DNA of 64,000 bases from Candidatus Latescibacterota bacterium (GTDB lineage Bacteria; Latescibacterota; UBA2968; GCA-2709665), in assembly GCA_021295655.1 (NCBI GenBank), contig JAGWBX010000013.1, forward strand, positions 876 to 64,875, written 5' to 3'. Shown piece after piece: positions 40,536 through 49,545 of this stretch. A program made the position numbers and the translations under genes. The notes under the pieces are model-generated. The model saw only the letters and a program-made list of their open reading frames with translations, had not been told where the DNA came from and searched no databases. How positions within the stretch are numbered: position 1 is the first letter of the stretch; every line of letters begins with the position of its first letter.

Positions 40536-41324
40536 ATGGGATTCAGATTCCGTGATTCACTGATCCAGGACTACCGCACACGGGGTTGCGCGATTTTCCG
40601 CCAGATCCTGCCCCCGTCGCTCATTCGCGACCTTCGTCGCGCCACGGCGCAAGCCCATCACTATGCCCACGAAAAGCGGGGTCCTCAGGCACAGCGCCTC
40701 CAGCCCATCGTCAACTACAACATCGACATCAAACCCTTTTGGGACTATGCGGAACTTCCCCCGCTCGTCGATGCAATCAGCAAGGTGCTCACCCCCGAGC
40801 ACAGAATTGCCAATAGCGGGCTCGCGCGAACGGGACTGCTGCTGGAGCCGCGGGACAAACCCTGGTGCACAGCGTGGCACCGGGACATCCGGGAAACATC
40901 CAACGTACCCGACCTGGATGAGTTTCGCCGCCTGAACCGCGACCCGATCTGGTTCAATCAGATCAACTGCCCTCTATATGAGGACAACTGTACATGGTAT
41001 GTGCCAGGCAGTCACCTGAGAGACGATCTGCCGGGTGAAATCGACGCCGCCGGGACTCCCCTGCCTCCGGAAGACGAACCCTGCGAAGAAAGGGAGCGCG
41101 CGTGCCTGGAGTATTCCGGGGCGATGCCGAGTGCGGAGCGGTTGTTTATGGACGCGGGAGATTTTGCGCTCTACCATCCGAATGGTTGGCACCTCGGCAA
41201 CTATCTGCCCGGACGCAGACGGGTAACGATCCACGATTTCGCGCCAACTCCCCAGTTGCTGGATTGGTACGATCGTTGGGAGCGCAAACGGTCCCGTCAG
41301 AAAAAGGAAGAATCGAAGACTTAA
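40536..41324 (+). CDS. phytanoyl-CoA dioxygenase (PhyH) family Fe/2OG protein
   Basis: WHRD, VPGSH, AGD...WHLG and R motifs. Confidence 0.85.
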   Translation: MGFRFRDSLIQDYRTRGCAIFRQILPPSLIRDLRRATAQAHHYAHEKRGPQAQRLQPIVNYNIDIKPFWDYAELPPLVDAISKVLTPEHRIANSGLARTGLLLEPRDKPWCTAWHRDIRETSNVPDLDEFRRLNRDPIWFNQINCPLYEDNCTWYVPGSHLRDDLPGEIDAAGTPLPPEDEPCEERERACLEYSGAMPSAERLFMDAGDFALYHPNGWHLGNYLPGRRRVTIHDFAPTPQLLDWYDRWERKRSRQKKEESKT

Positions 41325-41436
41325 CGGGCGCTTCCCTGTTCAAGCCGACCGGCAAAACAGATAACCCGGTAATTATTAACGTCAGTCGACAATTCCGCTG
41401 GTTTTATCAGTGTTCTGTCCCAGGAAGGAAGCCATC

Positions 41437-42288
41437 ATGCAGAAAAGCTGGACGTGGACCACGACCGGTTACGGGCTTGCCGAAAAGTCCCACCGTGAAA
41501 TCATGGAAACCTGTCGCATTGCCGGTCTGGCAGGAATCGAAGGCTCACCCCCGCTCTTTGAAGGAAACACCGAATCCGAACTTCAGACAATCGGCGGCAG
41601 TTATCGATCGGCGGGACTGTGCATCGAGACGTTTCACCTCCCATTTTCTCCCGACGATGACATCGCCTCGTTCTATGAAACCACGCGCCGGAGGGCCGTG
41701 GACAAGATGCGCCTCTGGATGGGAAGAGCATCGCTGGTCGGGGCAAAAGTTGGCATCCAGCATCCGACCACGAACCGGTCGGACGCCGACGTGGAGGGGC
41801 TCGAAACCTATTTCATCCAGATCGGCAAGAGCCTCGACACCCTCCTGAGGGAAGCGGAAGTCCTCAACTTCAAGATCGCTCTTGAAAATATGCTTCCGTC
41901 CGACGGCGGACGGTTTACCTCCAGACCCGAGCATTTCGAGCGGATCGTCCGGGACTTCGCCCATCCCAACCTGGGCTTCTGCCTCGATACGGGCCACGCC
42001 CTGGTGGCCTCACGCGGCGATGCGCACAGGTTCTTTGACGTCATGGGCCCGCGGATGGTCGCATTTCATCTGGCTGATAACGCGGGCGACCGCGATTCCC
42101 ACCTCGCCCCCGGCCACGGACGGGTGAATTGGCGCAGATTCTTCAGGCAAGCGGCGCGCATAGAGTACAGGCGCACAATGTGCATCGAAACCCAGCCCTT
42201 TGACTTCGGCCCCGATTATACCGACAGCGCCTGGAAAAAGATGGTGGCCGATACCGAGGCACTGGCCGAATCCGCGCTGAAAGACTAG
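41437..42288 (+). CDS. sugar phosphate isomerase/epimerase (TIM barrel)
   Basis: IALENM, CLDTGH and HLADNAGDRDSHLAPGHG motifs. Confidence 0.88.
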   Translation: MQKSWTWTTTGYGLAEKSHREIMETCRIAGLAGIEGSPPLFEGNTESELQTIGGSYRSAGLCIETFHLPFSPDDDIASFYETTRRRAVDKMRLWMGRASLVGAKVGIQHPTTNRSDADVEGLETYFIQIGKSLDTLLREAEVLNFKIALENMLPSDGGRFTSRPEHFERIVRDFAHPNLGFCLDTGHALVASRGDAHRFFDVMGPRMVAFHLADNAGDRDSHLAPGHGRVNWRRFFRQAARIEYRRTMCIETQPFDFGPDYTDSAWKKMVADTEALAESALKD

Positions 42289-42317
42289 AGATTTCCGATC
42301 GGCAAGGAGCCGCCCGC

Positions 42318-43106
42318 ATGCAATGGCACGAAAAATACGGTCCATGGGCCCTGGTAACCGGCGCGTCTTCCGGACTGGGAGCCGAATTCGTAAAGCAACT
42401 GGCGGCCAGGGGCCTGAACGTGGTCCTCGTAGCCCGCCGGGAGCAACGGATGGCGGCGCTTGCAGACGATGTCCGGCGGAGCCGGGGCGTAGCCACGCGC
42501 GTTGTTCCCGTGGACCTTACGGGTCGCGATGCCTGCCGCCGCGTTGGAGATCAAACGAGCGACCTGGAAATCGGTTTACTGGTAAACAATGCCGGATTCG
42601 GCCTTTTCGGCGCGTACGCGGACCTGGACCCCGATCGCATGGTAAACATGACCGTATTGAACTGCGTCGTTCCGGTTCTGCTCACCAACCAATACCTGCA
42701 GCCAATGCTGAATCGGGGTCGCGGCGGTCTTATCTTTCTGGCGTCCACCGCCGCATACCAGGCGACTCCGTACCTCGGCGTCTACGGCGCCTCCAAGGCC
42801 TTCAATCTGTTGATGGGAGAATCCCTCTGGGAAGAATACAGGACAAGAGGCATCGACTCACTGGCGCTCTCTCCCGGATTCACGAAAACCGAATTCACAA
42901 GCGTTGCGCAGATGAAGGACGCCAGCGGCTTAAGAGAGGCCACGCCCGGTGCCGTTGTGGCCCTGGCACTCAGGAAACTCGGCAAGAGACCCTCCGTGAT
43001 CCACGGCCTCGCCAACAAGGTGCTGAATTTCACGGGACGACTCATCCCTCGCCGCGCGGCCATCGCCGTCACCTCGGCCATGCTGAAAGGGAGAACCATG
43101 TCATGA
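42318..43106 (+). CDS. short-chain dehydrogenase/reductase (17-beta-HSD/3-ketoacyl-CoA reductase-like)
   Basis: TGASSGLG, NNAG and YGASK motifs. Confidence 0.92.
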   Translation: MQWHEKYGPWALVTGASSGLGAEFVKQLAARGLNVVLVARREQRMAALADDVRRSRGVATRVVPVDLTGRDACRRVGDQTSDLEIGLLVNNAGFGLFGAYADLDPDRMVNMTVLNCVVPVLLTNQYLQPMLNRGRGGLIFLASTAAYQATPYLGVYGASKAFNLLMGESLWEEYRTRGIDSLALSPGFTKTEFTSVAQMKDASGLREATPGAVVALALRKLGKRPSVIHGLANKVLNFTGRLIPRRAAIAVTSAMLKGRTMS

Positions 43107-44221
43107 CGCTGCAGATCGTCTGCCAGGCCTGCAACATGGTACATCGCCAGGATACCCGCCTCTGGCGATGCGGCTGCGGCGGGCCTCTGGACGTCGGTTT
43201 CCGCGGAACCATCGACATGGACATGATCGGGCGTCGATCGCCGGGAATGTGGCGATATCGGGAAGCGCTGCCGATCGGGGCGGATGCCCGCGTCGTCTCG
43301 TTCAATGAAGGGTTCACGCCGATCGTTCGAATGCAGATCGACGGTAAACCTCTCACGGTCAAGCAGGAGAACCTCTTTCCCACGGGCTCCTTCAAAGATC
43401 GCGGCGCTTCCGTCCTGATCAGCCGTGCCCTCGAGTTAGGGGTTGAAAAGGTCGTGGAGGATTCGTCGGGCAACGCGGGTGCCGCGGTTGCCGCGTATGC
43501 GTCAAGAGCAGGCATTGAATGTGAAATTTACGTGCCGGAGTCCAATTCACCCGGAAAACTGGCACAAATCCGACTCTACGGCGCAAAACTGATCCGCGTA
43601 CCCGGCTCCCGGGAAGCCACGGCGCGTGCGGCGATGGAAGCGGCCGAACACCACTTCTACGCGAGCCATGTCTGGAATCCGTTCTTCTTCCAGGGCACAA
43701 AGACCTATGCGTTCGAGATCTGGGAGCAACTCGGTTTCAAAGCGCCGGATACATTAATCGTCCCCACGGGACACGGCACAATGCTTATCGGCGCCTTCCT
43801 CGGATTCCGGGACCTTCTGGAAAACGGGCTGATCGACCGGCTGCCCAGGATGGTCGCCGTGCAGGCCGCGAACTGCGCCCCGCTGTACCGGATGTGGCGC
43901 GATCATCCGGCTGAACTTTCCGCGGCGCCTTCAGGCGATACGATAGCCGAAGGGATCGCAATTGCGGAGCCCGCACGGGCGCCTCAGATCCTGGACATCA
44001 TTCACGAGACCTGCGGCCGGATTGTTACCGTTACGGACGCTGAAATTGAAGTCGCCCTGTTGGATATCTGTAAACAGGGCCTGTACGCCGAACCCACCTC
44101 CGCGACCGCGGTTGCGGCCTTCAGGAAGTTCCCCGAGAACAGCGACGAGTGCGTTGTAGCGCCGCTGACCGGACACGGACTCAAGTCGACTGAAAAGATG
44201 CTCAAACTGACCGGAGACTAG
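43103..44221 (+). CDS. thrC: threonine synthase-like PLP enzyme with N-terminal Zn ribbon
   Basis: CxxC...CxCGG, PTGSFKDRG, DSSGNAG and EPTSA motifs; ATGA coupling to the SDR. Confidence 0.8.
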   Translation: MTLQIVCQACNMVHRQDTRLWRCGCGGPLDVGFRGTIDMDMIGRRSPGMWRYREALPIGADARVVSFNEGFTPIVRMQIDGKPLTVKQENLFPTGSFKDRGASVLISRALELGVEKVVEDSSGNAGAAVAAYASRAGIECEIYVPESNSPGKLAQIRLYGAKLIRVPGSREATARAAMEAAEHHFYASHVWNPFFFQGTKTYAFEIWEQLGFKAPDTLIVPTGHGTMLIGAFLGFRDLLENGLIDRLPRMVAVQAANCAPLYRMWRDHPAELSAAPSGDTIAEGIAIAEPARAPQILDIIHETCGRIVTVTDAEIEVALLDICKQGLYAEPTSATAVAAFRKFPENSDECVVAPLTGHGLKSTEKMLKLTGD

Positions 44222-44301
44222 CCACCCGTCCGGACACGCGCGTCCGGCGGACGTTGCCAGGCCGCCGCGACGTTCGATTCACAGTAGCCGGCCTCGATCC
44301 G

Positions 44302-45174
44302 TCAGGCGGCCCGAATACCCAACCACCCGTTCTGGCTAACGACCTCCACCACGTGGAGTCCGGCCGCGCGTACCGCCTTCAGAAGCGTCGCCTGCTCCTT
44401 CGCCAGCACGCCCCCGAGGATCAGGTTTCCCCGTACCGCAACACGTGACGCAAGCTCAGGCAGCATACCCGCGAGCGTGCGGACGTCGATATTGGCCACC
44501 ACAACGTCGAACGCTCCCGTTACACACGCAAGCGTTCCCCAGCGAAAAGCCACGTTACCGGGATTCCCGTTCAGGCGCATATTCGCGCGGGCATTCTCAA
44601 CGGCCAGCACATCGGTATCGATACCTGTCACCCTCGCGGCGCCGAGCCTGGCCGCGGCGAGGCTCAGGATCCCGGAGCCCGTGCCCACGTCCAGCACGTC
44701 GTCGCACGGTTTCACGACGCCATGCATCATCTTCAGGGCCAACCGGGTCGTCTCGTGCTGCCCGGTTCCGAAAGCCGTCTTCGGCTCGATCACCAGACTG
44801 AATCCGCCTTCAGGATCATCGACCCGTTCCCAGGGAGGACAGATCGCGATGCAGGAAGTCGGGTAAACGGGCCTGAATCGGGACTTCCAGGACGAGGCCC
44901 AATCCTCCAGCGGGACCTGGTCCACTTCCACGCGAAAGGCTCTCATATCACCGGTCAGCGCATGCAGTCCGCTCCAAAGGCCGGATATCACGCGGCCGCT
45001 GTCCCGTCCAACGGGAAAGTATGCCGTAAGCCCCGTCTTGCCGGAAGCCGAACCACCGTGTACCTGCAGACCGCAGCTCCCAAGGCCAAACAACAGTTCC
45101 GACACCGTTTCCGACGCACGGCAAGGCAGGTCCACGCGTACTTCGAACCACCCGCGTACAGCTTTGCAGTTCAT
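44302..45174 (-). CDS. prmA: ribosomal protein L11 methyltransferase
   Basis: EDWASSWK, AFGTGQHETT and VLDVGTGSGIL motifs. Confidence 0.93.
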   Translation of the reverse strand: MNCKAVRGWFEVRVDLPCRASETVSELLFGLGSCGLQVHGGSASGKTGLTAYFPVGRDSGRVISGLWSGLHALTGDMRAFRVEVDQVPLEDWASSWKSRFRPVYPTSCIAICPPWERVDDPEGGFSLVIEPKTAFGTGQHETTRLALKMMHGVVKPCDDVLDVGTGSGILSLAAARLGAARVTGIDTDVLAVENARANMRLNGNPGNVAFRWGTLACVTGAFDVVVANIDVRTLAGMLPELASRVAVRGNLILGGVLAKEQATLLKAVRAAGLHVVEVVSQNGWLGIRAA

Positions 45175-45209
45175 TCTCGAGAATCGCTCGAAACAGGCCT
45201 GAGTCGCAA

Positions 45210-46865
45210 TTACACAACCACCAGTTTCAACGCATGCCGGTCCACTTCTGCCGAGAAGGGCAAAACGACGACCAGTCGAGCTTCTTCTATGGTCGAGTCT
45301 CCCGCCTTCCGGTACGGGTTATGAGGCAAGGCTGGCCAGACCACGCGGCTTCCGGGCGGCAGGTGCAGGCGCCAGCCGGCATGCTGCACCCACGCTTCGC
45401 CGGTCCACTCCGCCTTCTCCTCTCCCAGCACCGCTGTCTTTCCCGATGCAAACCGCACCTCGCGGTCCAGGTGCGGGATGAGCGTCACGTGTCCGTCCAC
45501 CGGCAAACCTGAATTTCCCGTTGCGGCGTAGACGAGCGTCAAACCGGTTTCGGACTCGACCGTCGCGTCTACGCTGCACGTTTCCTCACCGTAGCGCATC
45601 CGCAGCCGGCCGCCATCCTCGCCTGAGTCATACGAAAGCTCGTCAGGCACGTGGATCAATCCCTCGGGTACGTCGAAGTCCGGGTCTTCGTCTCCCGGCG
45701 TGTGCGACAGAAGCGCTTTGTCACCCACCGTGAAGCTGCTCCACAGCGGCTGCAGCTTTGTGTTGCCGCCGCCCACGACCAACCCCACGCTGTCGTGGAA
45801 CACGCTTAAGAAGTTCTGCCTGTCCTGGCCCCAACGATTCTGTGGGAAATCCACAACGAAGGCCGAAAGACAGATGAACCAGGGACCATTCCTGACCGCT
45901 GTCGCCTCGTCCCCCATCCGGAAGACGTGCCGTTCCTTCCCCGCAGCCGTCTCAACTGCCTCACCATCGCCGCCATATAACAGCAGACTCGCCGCGTAAT
46001 CCGGAGCGAACCCTGTTCCCTCCTCCAGCAAGAGTCTGTGCTGTTGCGCCAGGTACCCTCGGCCCGCGGCCGTATGGCTGAAACCCGGGTTGCCCTCGTG
46101 CACGCCGCCGTGGTAGGGATTGCGCCCATCCACGGTCTCAACAGTACTGCCATCGGGATACGTCAGACTCGCATGGTAAGCAGCCGCACGTTCCAGCGCG
46201 GGCAACACAGCCGTGTCGCCCGACATCCCGAAGTATATCCCCAGCGAATCCGAATAGACGAAATTATACGCCACGACCGGCCCGCTATGCTCCGGCCACC
46301 AGCCCTGCGGCGACTGTGCGTTCGCCACCTTCGCCATAAACGCCCGCGACTGTGTTCTCCAGTCCTCCCGTCCGAATACAGTACCCGCGCAGAAAAGGGC
46401 CATCGAATGGTGGGCGGGTATATTGTGAACGTGCGCCAGGCAAGTCCTCGAAATACCGTCGAACCCCATCAGCAGTGCATCATCCCACCGGGCTCGAGCG
46501 TCGCCGCGCATTGCTTCCTGAACCAGTTGATAGGCACGAATCCAGCGGCTGTAGGTCCAGGGCATGAAAATCTGCCCCCACTCCGAATAGTCCTTTTTCA
46601 GAAACGTCCACTTTCCCTGTTCGTCCTGGGCGTCGATCAGCGCGTCCCCGCCGCGAACGATCGCAGCAAGGACGGCTTCATCGCCGTAGTATCTGCTCTC
46701 CTCAAGGTGCCATGCCGCAGAGAGGGGAAAAATCACGTTCTGGTCTCCGCAGATCCACGGCTCCGTACCGAACTGCCCGTTCTCCTTCTGAGACGCCAGG
46801 ATTCCCGGTACTGCCGCATCCAGCGCCTCCAGCAGTTCCGGTTCCGGTTTCCATACTCCCGCCAT
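45210..46865 (-). CDS. hypothetical protein, heparinase II/III-like alpha-toroid plus beta-sandwich
   Basis: HNIPAHH, GWWPEHSGPVVAYN and YPDG..VETVDGRN motifs; AAGGAG RBS. Fold is inference. Confidence 0.65.
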   Translation of the reverse strand: MAGVWKPEPELLEALDAAVPGILASQKENGQFGTEPWICGDQNVIFPLSAAWHLEESRYYGDEAVLAAIVRGGDALIDAQDEQGKWTFLKKDYSEWGQIFMPWTYSRWIRAYQLVQEAMRGDARARWDDALLMGFDGISRTCLAHVHNIPAHHSMALFCAGTVFGREDWRTQSRAFMAKVANAQSPQGWWPEHSGPVVAYNFVYSDSLGIYFGMSGDTAVLPALERAAAYHASLTYPDGSTVETVDGRNPYHGGVHEGNPGFSHTAAGRGYLAQQHRLLLEEGTGFAPDYAASLLLYGGDGEAVETAAGKERHVFRMGDEATAVRNGPWFICLSAFVVDFPQNRWGQDRQNFLSVFHDSVGLVVGGGNTKLQPLWSSFTVGDKALLSHTPGDEDPDFDVPEGLIHVPDELSYDSGEDGGRLRMRYGEETCSVDATVESETGLTLVYAATGNSGLPVDGHVTLIPHLDREVRFASGKTAVLGEEKAEWTGEAWVQHAGWRLHLPPGSRVVWPALPHNPYRKAGDSTIEEARLVVVLPFSAEVDRHALKLVVV

Positions 46866-46882
46866 CGAGTATCTCCTTCCGT

Positions 46883-47034
46883 TTAACAGCCCGTTGCAAC
46901 AATCCATCCGGGCTGCCTGCCTGTGCGGTGCATGCAGACAGGCGTCCGGCCCTTGCGGCCGAACACCTGCGTTGCGCTCCCTCCACGAATCCGCCGATTC
47001 GCCTCTGTTTCGCGCCTTGTCTTCGTCCACAATG
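46883..47034 (+). mobile_element. MITE copy lacking the right end
   Basis: TTAACAGCCCGTTG...CCTGCCTGTGCGGTGCATGCAGACAGG..GGCCCTTGCGGCCGAACACCTGCGTTGCGCTCCCTC...CTTGTCTTCGTCCACAATG is near-identical to 27712-27840. Confidence 0.85.
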
Positions 47035-47049
47035 GCAAGTGTTCTGTTT

Positions 47050-48114
47050 CTATCTGATCCCTGCAGCGGACCCCCGCCAGTAACGCAGCCAGTCCACCGG
47101 CGCATAGTCGTCGGTCAATTCCGGAACGCCCCGGACCACGGGCTTCCGCTCACCGTAAGGGGTCGCCGGTATCAGCAGTTCCAGCGTGTCGCCTGTTCTC
47201 GTCTTCAACTCACGAATCGACCGTACGATCTGATCGCCGTTGAGCCTGGCTCCATCCAGCGTTGCCACGGCTACGATATTGCTCCGCTCCGGTACCTGAA
47301 ACAGGTACACCTGTGGGAATACCCGCACCAACGTACGAATGATCGAGAGGTACAATACGCCGGGCCCGAGCGGCGCCACGTTCATGGTTACAACGCCGCG
47401 GGGCGTAAGTATTCTCTTTACTTCATCGAAAAACTCCGCGGTTGCCATATGGTGCGGCATGGAGTCCGCATGAAACGCGTCCAGAACAACCCAGTCGTAC
47501 CGATCGGTCGTTCGTTTGACGAACATCCGGCCGTCGTCCACGTGAATCCTCAGACTGCCGTCCGCGTCGACGCCGAAGTACCGTTCTGCCACGCGAACCA
47601 CGTCGGGGTCGAGTTCCACCACGTCCAGAGCAACCTCCGGGCGAACGGACCGTACCAATCGGGCTACCGACCCGCCCGCAAGTCCGATCATCAGCGCACG
47701 CTCCGGATTCGTGAAAGCCATCCCCAACGCAAGATACGCGGTGTAGGGCACGCGCAGCGCGATGGGGTTTCCGAGGGTCATCGCGCTCTGTTTTGCACCG
47801 TACCCGAACCGGAGGTACCGTGCTTCGTCGTCTTCGGAAACCACGATGTGATTGTACAGGGAGTCGTGGACGTAGACCAGTCTTTCCTGCTTCGGTATCT
47901 CCGGCCGGACGTCGCATGCCGCGAGAGTAAAGACCGGGATTATCAAGAGCGGAAGCCTGAATGAAAGCAGTCTGACAACAAGCCGTTTCAAATTCAGACC
48001 CGGCGCGGTGCCGCCAGCGGCGGGTGCTGCCCGCCATAAAGCCGCCGCAGATTTCCTCGATATTGCGACAGTCCCCATCCTTCTACCGGCGCGGCCCACC
48101 GGATCGTGATTCAT
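47050..48114 (-). CDS. spermidine-synthase-like class I SAM-dependent domain (C-terminal half of 'fused MFS/spermidine synthase'), putative lipoprotein
   Basis: QSAM, IGLAGGS, VELDP, DDGR, LDAF and LTDDYAPV motifs; lipobox LAAC; alternative TTG start at 47991. Confidence 0.8.
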   Translation of the reverse strand: MNHDPVGRAGRRMGTVAISRKSAAALWRAAPAAGGTAPGLNLKRLVVRLLSFRLPLLIIPVFTLAACDVRPEIPKQERLVYVHDSLYNHIVVSEDDEARYLRFGYGAKQSAMTLGNPIALRVPYTAYLALGMAFTNPERALMIGLAGGSVARLVRSVRPEVALDVVELDPDVVRVAERYFGVDADGSLRIHVDDGRMFVKRTTDRYDWVVLDAFHADSMPHHMATAEFFDEVKRILTPRGVVTMNVAPLGPGVLYLSIIRTLVRVFPQVYLFQVPERSNIVAVATLDGARLNGDQIVRSIRELKTRTGDTLELLIPATPYGERKPVVRGVPELTDDYAPVDWLRYWRGSAAGIR

Positions 48115-48713
48115 CGCGTGTCCCCTGCTGGTTCCGTGCGACTGTACACCCCCCGCAGAGCCATCGCCGACAAAACCAGAAGCACCGCACCGATCAGGTA
48201 CAAGATATGCCCAACCCCCATAGCGGGTATCAGATAGAACGCCGTTCCCAGCGTTCCCACGATGCTTCCCAGGGCGGACAACGCGGAAACCGTTCCCGCA
48301 ACGCCCCCGATCCGGTCGACGCGTTCAGCCAGCAGCCGAATAATAAAGGGCGTGACGGCTCCCAGCGCCACACCCGGAATTGTAAACAGTACGACCGAGG
48401 CCAGCAAAGGGCCGCCCCGGGGTCCCAGATTCATCAGGAAAACCGCCCGATTGACCGCCGCCGCCACCCAGGGCATCGCAAACGCCATCAGCCCGGCCAC
48501 GCCCAACAACGCGGCAAGAGGCGGTCCCGTAGGCATGCGATCTGCCAGCCTGCCCCCCGTGTACGCGCCAAGACTCAGCGCGGCCAGCACCACCGCGATC
48601 AGGCTGCCCCAGACGAAAACCGAACTGCCGAAATACGGCGCAAGCACCCGGCTGCCCGCAATTTCCAACCCCATCAGCGCTGCGCCGGAAAAAAACGCTA
48701 TTGACTTCAACAT
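48111..48713 (-). CDS. membrane subunit (N-terminal half of 'fused MFS/spermidine synthase')
   Basis: MGLEIAGSRVLAPYFGSSVFVWGSLI, GGRLADR and GSIVGT motifs; about 6 TMs. Confidence 0.88.
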   Translation of the reverse strand: MLKSIAFFSGAALMGLEIAGSRVLAPYFGSSVFVWGSLIAVVLAALSLGAYTGGRLADRMPTGPPLAALLGVAGLMAFAMPWVAAAVNRAVFLMNLGPRGGPLLASVVLFTIPGVALGAVTPFIIRLLAERVDRIGGVAGTVSALSALGSIVGTLGTAFYLIPAMGVGHILYLIGAVLLVLSAMALRGVYSRTEPAGDTR

Positions 48714-48896
48714 GCCGTTACCGGATGTATATCCACGCAAGACCACCGATTTTCCGCTCGCCGGGTGCGCGTGAGTTACATCCCGGCCGCAGATACGTAC
48801 TCGATGTACGTACGGCACAAGGGGCTGCAGAAAGAACCCGCAGCCCTGTGACCTCGGATCATCCCGTGCGATTCGCGCTGTCCACAACCTCCGCGC

Positions 48897-49400
48897 TCAG
48901 AACGGGAGATCGTCGTCGGCGGCGCCGAAGGGCGGCGGGCCCGACCCGCCCGATCCTGTATCTCCGCCGCCTCCGTTTTCGGAGGATCCTGATCGCACGT
49001 CCCGCGTTCCTTCGTTCTGTTGGCCGGGACCCTGCGATGCACTCCCGCCGGAATCGAATTCTCCCCGGGAGTCGAGCATTTGCATATCTCTTGCGACAAC
49101 CTCGGTGGTATACCGCTTCTGTCCATCCTGCGTTTCCCAACTGCGGGTCTGAAGGCGTCCCTCGATGAAGACCTTGCTTCCCTTCCGCAGATACTGATTG
49201 CAGATCTCCGCCAGCCGTCCCCACACCACAATGCGATGCCATTCGGTTCTCTCCTGGCGTTCCCCGGCGCTGTCCGTCCAGTTCTCGTTCGTGGCGATAT
49301 TGAAGTTCGTAACGGCGGTTCCGCCGGCTGTATATCGCAGTTCGGGATCCGCTCCAACGTTGCCAATCAGAATCACCTTGTTTACACCACCGCGTGCCAT
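48897..49400 (-). CDS. ssb: single-stranded DNA-binding protein
   Basis: [22 protein letters not shown] and C-terminal DDDLPF. Confidence 0.98.
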   Translation of the reverse strand: MARGGVNKVILIGNVGADPELRYTAGGTAVTNFNIATNENWTDSAGERQERTEWHRIVVWGRLAEICNQYLRKGSKVFIEGRLQTRSWETQDGQKRYTTEVVARDMQMLDSRGEFDSGGSASQGPGQQNEGTRDVRSGSSENGGGGDTGSGGSGPPPFGAADDDLPF

Positions 49401-49478
49401 AACCGGTCTCCTTTAAATAATAGAAAAACAATCTGATATGGACGATGGCACGATCCTTACCGAAATCGTGTTCAATCG

Positions 49479-49507
49479 AATATACTCGTGACTTCCGGGC
49501 TTGTCAA
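49479..49507 (-). promoter_or_regulatory. ssb sigma-70 promoter
   Basis: TTGACA-N17-TATATT on the minus strand. Confidence 0.7.
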
Positions 49508-49545
49508 TAGGGCCGGCGTTCGGGTCGATGAATCCTTCGTGCATT

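Noticed and set aside
18741-47034. CRISPR interpretation of the recurring repeat
   Set aside because: Copies are dispersed kilobases apart with no spacer periodicity and no cas genes.
49446-49461. TGGCACGATCCTTAC sigma-54-like site near ssb
   Set aside because: The -12 GC is missing and the site points away from ssb toward a convergent gene end.
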